Positions 50,805-64,000 of a DNA stretch of 64,000 nt are shown here, in pieces. A program made the position numbers and the translations under genes. The DNA is taken from the NCBI GenBank assembly GCA_964247055.1, contig OZ176051.1, positions 1,612,001 to 1,676,000 of the forward strand, read 5' to 3'. Each line of letters starts with the position of its first letter. The first letter of the stretch is position 1. The DNA is from Paragordius varius. Lineage: Eukaryota; Animalia; Nematomorpha. A model generated the notes under the pieces. It was not told the origin of the DNA and made no database searches. It worked only from the letters and a program-made list of their open reading frames with translations.

Positions 50805-52860
50805 ATATATATATATCAAAATGAAAATGCTGGCTTTGTGATCTGTTTCAAACCGGTAGACCCATTTAAATCCGTCGAAAAAATATAATCAGTAATGAAT
50901 ACCGCCACAATAGCTTCGCCCTTTTTTGAATTAGGTCCCCGGTTCTATCCCACACCATGTAAAAAATGGGTTTTTTTGACAGAAGTCCACAAAAATTGTT
51001 TTGAGACAGTTTTCCGGAAAACGTGTTGGACCATTCGATTTTAAATATGATTATTTTTACTCATTTTCGATTGCGCCGAACATAGTCGGCTCGCTTTTTT
51101 GATTTAGGCTCTCTTTTTGTCCCCTCCCCCCGTAAAATGCCATTTTTTCAAAAAAAACAAGGTCCATAAAAATAATTTTTTGAATCTATTTTTCAAACAA
51201 GTTATGAGACCATGAAATTCAATGAGGATTCCAGGTTTTCCCTGTTAAAAGGCTAGTCGTGCGTTTTTTTATATTGGATGCCGTGTAAGAGATACCCGCT
51301 AAAAACTCCCCCGTCATATCGTAGCGTGTCTTTGGGGCTAAATTTTAACCTACGGGCCATTTTTTTAAATAGTTGCTTAAAATATTACCCGTTAGGCAGT
51401 GTAGTTATTTTATGAATTAGCCGTTAATTAGGCTCTCACGCCCTAAAAAATGCGCCACCATAGAATGATTTTCAATCTTGAGGCAATTTTACCAAAACCT
51501 AATGAAAGCATATGGAATTTTCATGATTCCAGGTATTCTGCGTAAAAAGGCAAAAATTTAATCAAAGGCGTTTTTGTATCAGCCTCTGGGCAGTGAGCTA
51601 CCCGCCTAAAACTGCGTATCCATATCAAAATTGCGTTATTTAGGAGTTAATTTTTATAAAACCTATATATGAGTTCGATAGGTGCTTCAAATATTATCCG
51701 TAACAAGGCGAGCGGTTATTTAAAATTCCTTAAATAAGCCCTTTACACCCTAAAACGCTATCATTGAACTATTATTTAGTTTTAAAAGCATTCTTCCAAA
51801 AACTATAAAAAACATATGGAATGAATGATAATTCCAGATATTTCCATATCAAGGCAAGAATTTTATCGAACGTCTTTTTTATAATGGCCTGTGGGTAGGG
51901 GGCTACCCGCCTACAACTGCGCCACTATATCAAAACAGCGTGACTTTGGAGTCAAATGTTAGAAAACTTATCAGACCATATGAGTTCAATACGGGCTTAA
52001 AATATTATCCGTAAAAAGGCAAAAATTTAAGTAGAGCGATTTAATAAATTATCCCTTAATTAGGCCCTTTCCCTGAAAAATGCGCCACCATAAATGACTT
52101 ATTGGTTTTGAGGCAATTTTTCGAAAATCCTGCGAGAGCATATGGAATCAATCATGATTCCCCAGGTATTAACCGAATGGCAAAAATAATCGAGCGTTTT
52201 TTTTCGCCATAGAACTGCGTCAGCATATTAATACATCATGACAGAAAAACCTATGAAACTATGTAAAATCAATAAGGGCTTAAAATATTTATTACCCCTT
52301 AAAAAACAGTTATTTTAGTATAGGGTGTTATTTTAATGAGTCGATAAGTGAAAGTTTTACGCCCTTAAAAATGCGCCGCCATAGAACAATTTTTTGGTTT
52401 TAAAGCAATATTTCCAAGAACTTCTAGGAACATATGAAATCCATGATAAAAATAGATTATCCCCATATAAAGGCAAAAATTTTGCCCAACGCTTTTTTAT
52501 ACCTGCCCCCGGGTAAAGAGCTACCCGCCAAAAACTGCGCCACCATTACAGAATATTTATGATGCCATATCAGCTCATTAAAAACTTGAAATAATGGTTG
52601 TAAATGTAACTAGGAAACAATTAATGTCAGGCGTTTTTTATTAGCCGTTAATTTGGGGCCTTTATGCCCTAAAAATACTCAATCATATAACGATTATTTA
52701 GTGTTGAGGTATTTTTTCGAATAACCCATAAGACTTTTATTTATATTGATTCATGGGTTTTATATACTCCTTATAAATTTTTTCTGCATGACTACTTTTT
52801 TATTTATACAATAATATCTAATAGAATTCGTAAATTCGGCTATTAGTGTGCACCCATCAA
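50805..52860 (+). mobile_element. Family H Helitron carrying ~5.5 tandem ~305-bp units (51150-52800)
   Basis: 5' end (TA)n-caaaatgaaaatgctggctttgtgatc. The marker gagctacccgcc recurs at ~51292, 51597, 51901, (52210, deleted) and 52519. Confidence 0.8.
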
Positions 52861-53572
52861 TCCCCACAGTACTTAATATATTTATATAATTATGTTCTTT
52901 ATATTATTTTAAACATACAAATAATTCATAACATTAGACAACAAATTTTTCTGCCACTTGAATTTTTTGGATTTTTTGATATTTACTATCATTTTAACAC
53001 TAAATCTGAATCAAAAATTATGATTCTATCTTAAAATTTAATTTTTTAAGATTATGCGCCCTCTTTATCAAAATTTTACAAAAAAATATTATTTTTTGAA
53101 AACATACGGCAAATGCCCATTTATAATATATCATCGAAGAATAATAAAAACTATATAAAAGGCATACCAATATGTTTTACATTAATAGTTAATACTGAAA
53201 ATAGGAAGCGACAGATCCGCGAAGCGGGAGCGTTTTTCTCAAAATATTTTTAAAATAATGGATGTAAATAGCTTAAACTTTGTGTAGATGGCAATGAATG
53301 TCTAAAAATTATAACACAAGAGAGTTTTTTTATTAAAACATTTGTTTATTTCTTTTATGTCATTCGAAACAGTCATTTTTTTTTATAAATTATTATCTTA
53401 TCAATATTAATTGTTTTGTTTAAGAGGCTTACAATTAAAATTTTAAGATAATAAATAAAGTTTAAGATATTCTTGGTTTTTATACCATTAAGTTATAAAT
53501 TACAATTACATATATGCATGTTAGTATCCACTATGTAAAATGATTTTGATAATAATGATTTTTATTCAAATA

Positions 53573-54231
53573 CTAGCGTAAATCTCGTGCTGCTACGCAG
53601 CCCGAGGAAGTCCTTCGGACTTCTGGGGGGGGGGGGGTTCGAAGTTTGGATTTGAATGGGTCTACCGGTTTTCCGGAAACAAATCACTAAGTTACATGAG
53701 AAATCAGTTTTTAGCGGGTAGCTCTTTACCCAGCAGCTATCATCAAAGAAACCCCTGACTAAAATTTTTGCCTTTTAACAGGGAATACGTGGAATCCATA
53801 TTGAAATTTTACGGTCTCATACCTAGGGCGAATAATAGATTTAAAAAATTATTTTTGTGGACTTTGTTGAAAAAAATGGCATTTTACGGGGGTAGGTGAT
53901 AAAAAGAGGGCCTAAATTAAAAAAGTGACTCGACTATGTTCGGCGCAATCGAAAATAAGTAAACAAAAATTATATTTGATATTGAATGGTCCAACACGTT
54001 CTCCAGAAAATTGTCTCAAAGACACGATTTTTGTGGACTTCTGTTTTCAAAAAAACCCGTTTCTCACACGGGGTGAGCCCGAACTGGGGGCCTATTTCAA
54101 AAAAGGGCGAAGCTATTGTCGGGGCATTCATTAATGATTATATTTTTTCGAAGTTTGGATTTGAATGGGTCTACCGTTTTTCCTGTACCAGATCACAAAG
54201 CCAGCATTTTCCATTTTTATAAATATATAGA
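53573..54231 (-). mobile_element. Complete 659-bp non-autonomous Helitron
   Basis: Minus strand A|TCTATATATTTATAAAAATGG ... cgggctgcgtagcagcacg (hairpin) agatttacgCTAG|T. This gives 5'-TC, a 3' hairpin plus CTAG, an AT target and no TSD. Confidence 0.88.
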
Positions 54232-54579
54232 TTATACCAAAACCTTTTTCAAACATTTTAAAATTTTACTAATGTAACCCTAATAATTCTATTGTAATTT
54301 ATATGATTTATAAATTAGTTTGTCTGTGAAAATTTTTGACATTTCAAAATTTTGACCATATAAAGCTATATAATTTACATCAGAATGATTTATCTGACCT
54401 ACAATTAAAAATATCTAGTTTTTTGAGCTCTTTTGAATGATATAAAATATAAGACTAATATTTAAAAATTTTAATTTTCAAAATTCGAGTTTAATTTTAA
54501 ATCGAGGCCAAAAAATTTTGATAAAATCTTCGGTGTTAGACCAATTTTATTAAGATATAATATTTATGTACTTTAAACA

Positions 54580-54881
54580 TATAAATTTAAAATTTAAAAA
54601 ATGTACCTTAAAGAAAGTCAAATGTGAGTTTAATAAAAAATTATCTATAATTTTAGCGTTAGAATGAATAAAAAATTTGCAAAAATGTTGAAAATAATAA
54701 AGGCGTCGAAGCAATTTAATATTAAACCTTTTTTCAAAACTAAATTTTATTTAGATATTTGGGCTTATTTAAATATTAGGATAGAAGCACAAACTTTAAT
54801 TAACCGTCTCTTTCGGTAGTTTTTTAATAATATCAATCTAAATATGGTTCAACACTACTTCCCCTATTCTGAATCGAAGTG
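54580..54881. mobile_element. Partial, diverged family P MITE
   Basis: aataaaaggcgtcgaagcaattt...taggatagaagcac...gaatcgaagtg matches the short-end half of family P. Confidence 0.65.
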
Positions 54882-56314
54882 TTGAACATTTTAATTTATT
54901 TTTAAACACCCGGCTGAATAATATTGGCCCCACCATTTATGCATACATTAGTCGGCAAACAAATAGTGCATTGATTGTATAACCATTATATTAATTTAAT
55001 TGGGTAATCTAACCCAATTTGAGTACCATAAACTAGAAAATCTATTAATAAAACGATTTTGGAAGTAATTTTCGGGAAAACGCGTAGTAATAAATAATCA
55101 TTTTTCATTCATCTTGCAGATAGTCCCACTCTATTGGATTAGCTCACGTGTTTAGCTTCACCCTTTTAATAGCCTTTTTTTCGCAAAAACTCCTCACAAA
55201 ATTTAAGGCTTTTTTCAGAAACGAATGAGATTATACGAATTCATAAGGGTTTTAAATATTCTTAAAAGTGAATATTTTAGTCACTCCGCCTTTTTTAAAT
55301 TAGGCCCAGAGAGACCCTGCTTATGTAAACTACGCTTCCACATATTACATCGTGAAATTTCAAGCAATGTTCCTGGAAAGTACGACCATTCAACATAAAT
55401 AATGGACTCTCTGAAATCAGCGTCATATTTAAAATTAGAAGTTGTGCGATTATTGATTAGTAATTTTTAGATCGCAATTATTTTATAATTAATTCTTAAT
55501 AACCACATTTAGTATGTTGGCTAAGTTATAATTATATGGGACTCTAATTTTTTTGTATATTATTCACCCGATTCACATATCAGAGTTTCGACCACGTTTC
55601 ATGTAAGTGTGAGAAAATAGTTAGTTACTTAATATTAACTGCCAAATAGAATGATGACCTAATTAAAAACTTATTAATTTTTTGGTAAATTATTATATTA
55701 TGGATAAAAAGTTTATTTAAAGACATAAAGATATAATATAAACCCAAAAACCCGTTTAATTATTCAGATCTGTTTTTTGATTAATCTTAACCACTAAGAG
55801 TTACACTCAATGTAGTAAGGAATATTTAAAAATGATATAACATTTATCTATATATAGTAAATATTGTAATGTCAATTTCTCCACCCCAATTTTCTTTATA
55901 TTTTGAAAATGTATTGATTTTTTTTAAAAAAGAAATGAAAACGTACACATGTATAAATATATTTATCTGTGTTTAGTCCTTATTATATATTATTTATAAT
56001 GTTTATACTGGTTTTGGTGAAAAATGAAGCTTTAAAATATATGAGCGCGCATTTTTGTTGGCTCACTTATGCGAATTATTTCGCAAAAATACCAAAAAGG
56101 TAGATAGCGATGCATAATAATAGAAAACGGAGTGTGCATTTTTAACTATTACTTCTTTGTTTTTGTTTTTCAATAAACGAAATAATTTTATATTTAATGA
56201 ATAAAGGAAAATAATTGATTATCTATATAAGTATATATACGCCACGAATAAAACTACTATACATTTTTTCCAATAAAATTGGATAATAACGAAATAGTAT
56301 GAGAGGGAGGGACT

Positions 56315-60424
<4,110 letters not shown>

Positions 60425-62439
60425 ATACACTTGTTATTAGTTATATCTTATATAATAAATATAACTTCAATAAATCTATATTTAGGGTTATATTTTGTTT
60501 AGTGCAATGGTATTCAACACAAATGGCTAGGCGGGAGACATTTTTTACTCAAAAACCCAGCGGGCCGCATTTGAAACATATATGGACATATTTTATTAAA
60601 TGTCAAAGATAAGCCTGTAAATTGATTATGCAATATAACATTTTTTTCTAGTTCTTTGCCAATTGGACAAACATAATTCAGGAAATTTGTACAAGAAACA
60701 TCAATTTGACTAAGATTTTATGAGCATATTTTTGTAAATTATGAATTTCCAAAATTTTTCGCTCGCACATAATTTGGAGGGTCGCTTGCTGGAAAGCCCT
60801 AGGTTTTGATTAGTTATAATTTGTAATAATTAAAAACTTTTTATTACAACTAAAAAAGGAGTAAAATACAAAATTAGGTAACACTTCAATACATATTGAA
60901 GTTTGCCTACTTTATGCCAACTTTGAACAGAGATTGTAGGGGCACTGTTTGACATTTTAAGCACACTTAAATAAATCCATATGTAGCCGATGGCTGAAAC
61001 TTCTAATAAAAAATAAGAACGCTTATAAAACCAGAGAATAACTATTTTAGTTTCCCTCTATTGACCATAATCGAAAAATGGTTTCGTAATTTAGGTGCAA
61101 AATAAATAAAATAAAAACTCACATTTAAAGACCAATTTGAAGTGTCGAAGGACCTACTTGAGGTGAATGATTAAACTTTCGGCAGGAAACCATATTATAT
61201 AATTATTTTGTATATTTTGATAGATCAATATGAAAGTTCATATTTATAGTATTATCATACTCCCAATATATATTTAGTTTTTACGAGGCCAGGAATAGTT
61301 AATTACTCCAATCAAAACACATGAATGCATGATTTTTAATGATAATCTTAATTAATTTAATATAAACAATATTTCAAATGTGTGAAAATTTTGATAATTT
61401 AGTTTGTATTTGGTTTTAAACATGGAAATCGTTTTCCACAGAAAAAATGCGGGTACATTGCATATAGGGCTATTAAGAGTTGTTTTTTGTTATATTTATT
61501 ATACTCACAATATAATATAATGGATGAGGCTTGAAAATCTTTAGCAAAATGTTGAAGTAGTAAATGTAAAGTTAAAGTTAAAGCTCTAATTTTATTTTTA
61601 TACGATAATACTTAGTATTTAAGATATTCGGCAAAATGAAAAATGTGCAATTTTGGCCTTTTTCTTTGTGCGCAATAGAAAATATCCTGATAAAAAGATA
61701 TATATCAGGAATCTCATGGTGCTTGTGGTTTTGAGCCTTACGCCTGATATGACTTACCACTTTTGCGGGAATCGAAATTAAAAAATTGAATTTTTGCGCA
61801 CACTTAATAATTTTTTTGGTAAGAGCTAAATATTTTATATTAAAAAATATCATTTAATAATAAATTATATTTATATATATATATATATATATATAAATCA
61901 AAACAATGTTTATGATAAATAAATTTAGTTGTCGCCTTGATATAAATTTGGACTCCTGTAAAATGGGCAAGTTTTTTGTAAAAAAATGGAGATTGCATAA
62001 GAATTTTTATATATGCGAAATTGTAAGAAATTTTTTTTTATAAAAATGGGATAAAAATTTATTTTCTAGAAAAATTTTGTTGAACCTAATTATGGTAGTT
62101 AGGAGCATGGGATATAAAATTTTAAAGTATTACACAGTCCTTACTATATATTCTGATTGATAAATGCATCAGGATGCTGATGGTGATTTTGGTTTTAGGT
62201 CTTATTATTTATGAAATTTTTGGCCTTAATTAGAAAATAAAAAATTTTGCACTTTTGCTAAATAATTTTTTTTCGTAAAAGCTAAACATTTTATTCCATA
62301 AAATAACACAAAATATCATGTTTTATATTTAAAACGAAATGCAATATTTTTATAATTTTTTGACCTTTTCATGGGCTACTTTTCATACAGCTAACACAAA
62401 AAGGTGACTTTGTGTCATAAAATTTCTAATTTGTTTTAA

Positions 62440-64000
62440 CACTTCGACTCGAATTGGGGTATTTAAAGACCTCAAACTATATTTAAGGTTATATTTCGCA
62501 AAACCTAATGAAAGAAATGGTCATAACTGAAATTAATGCTTCTGTCCTAATAAAAATTATATAAATAAGTTGAAATAACTAAATAAAATATAGTTTGCAA
62601 AAAAATTTCCATATCAAATTTTACATCATTTTCTCAAAATATCGTGGTTATTTAACATTTGGATACAACACATTCCTTTTAGTCCTTCGATTCAAATTGG
62701 GTTAGTTAGATACCCCAGGTACTTCAAAAAATATGAAATGAATTGAAACCATGGCAAAATGCACTTAAATAACATTAATGAACCAAAATTGAAACGAAAA
62801 TTTATTCAAAAATACTTGAACTTATTTTAAAGTACCCAAACTAAAAATTTAGTCAACATGACATGTGTGCATTAAAAAATTTAAAAATAATACAAAATAT
62901 ACTACTTTTTCTATTTGTATCGATGGATGTGATTTAAATAAAAAATTAGCTTGAATTTTAGCTTTAATAGATCGACATTTTACAAAAAGTTTGTGAAAAA
63001 AATGGCGTCAAAGTAGTTTGATATGGAACTTTTTTTCTAAACCATATTTTATTGAGATATTTCGGCTTGCTTATAAAATTTTCATTAAAATAGAAGCATA
63101 AATTAATGGAGCCGTTTCTTTCATTAGTTTTTTATAAATATCAATTTAAATATAGTCTGGGGTATTTGGAGACCCCAATTTGAATCGAAGTATTAATATA
63201 CCAAAAATTGAAGCTATAATTACATTTAATAATAGAAATAGAAAAAGTGGTTAATTTTATATTATGTTTAACTTTAGCTAGTTCACACATGTCATTTGAC
63301 TAACTTCTAGCCTATGGGTTTTACCCCAAAAAACTAAAATCAAATATTTTGAATGATTTTTTTATATTTCGGTTCATTAACACTTGGATACAACACATTT
63401 ATTTTAGTCCTTCGATTCAAATTGGGGTAGTTAAATACCCCAAGCCTGTTTAAAATTAAGTTCTTTAAAAAATATGGAAGGAATCAAAACCATGGCAAAA
63501 TTTGGCACTTATATAACATTAATAAACCGAAATATATAAAAAAATTTTACTCAACTTAATATTACTTATTTTAAGCTAAAACCGAATGGTGAAATTTAGT
63601 CAACGTAACATGTGTGAAATGGTAAAATTATAAAATAATACAAAATAACCCACTTTTTCTATTTCTATCAATGTTAGATGTAATTTAAATAAAAAATTAG
63701 CTTTAATCCTTAAAATTAAATAAAGACGATATTTTGCAAAAATTTTGTAAAATAAAAATGGCGTCGAAGTAGTTTGACATGGAATTTTTTTCAAAACATT
63801 ATTTAGATATTTTGGCATATTTATATAATTTTTATTAGGATGGATGCATAAATTTAAATTGGGACCGTTTCCTTCAGTAGTTTTTAAAAAATCCTAACTC
63901 AAATTTTGCCTGGGGTATTTTGATACCCCAAATTGAATCGAAGTGTTAATGTTACATAAGCATACTTTTACCATGGTTTCGATTCCTTTCATATTTTTTG
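62440..64000. mobile_element. Family P MITE nest: an outer copy from 62440 with inner copies 62656-63192 and 63381-63945 in the opposite orientation
   Basis: TTAA duplications at 62652/63193 and 63377/63946. Removing the inner copies restores a continuous outer copy collinear with 20032-20490. Confidence 0.9.

Noticed and set aside
53630-53660. ggttcga motif suggesting a tRNA T-arm
   Set aside because: It lies inside the Helitron and no cloverleaf can be formed. No tRNA, rRNA or snRNA was recognised anywhere in the window.

Overview
This is very AT-rich animal (metazoan) nuclear DNA, not prokaryotic, so most of the ORF track is exon fragments or noise. I reconstructed nine protein-coding genes by hand, and the exon phases close consistently in all spliced models: MED7 (-, runs off the left edge), RBM19/MRD1 (+), PSMD13/Rpn9 (+), Notchless NLE1 (+), GTP cyclohydrolase I (-), RNase H1 (-), a CASC3/Barentsz-like gene (-), an intronless SoxB1 (+) and rabphilin (+). 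The most striking property is splicing. 19 of the 57 introns I could place are GT-AG micro-introns of only 21-35 nt with almost no donor consensus. They are enriched at gene 5' ends and coexist with 0.2-3.5 kb TE-filled introns. Three genes also have an acceptor-like AG exactly 6 nt before the ATG, which could mark SL trans-splicing or 5'UTR micro-introns. Intergenic DNA and large introns hold: a TTAA piggyBac-like MITE family that inserts into itself, non-autonomous Helitrons with an internal ~305-bp tandem array, two large foldback elements (one with RSS-heptamer CACAGTG ends and a 4-bp TSD), hAT MITEs, RTE LINE, mariner and Harbinger remnants, and a TIR element carrying a captured glutamine-synthetase exon. 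I found no tRNA, rRNA or CRISPR. The taxon cannot be determined from the sequence alone. All protein identifications are by recalled motif recognition, not database search.
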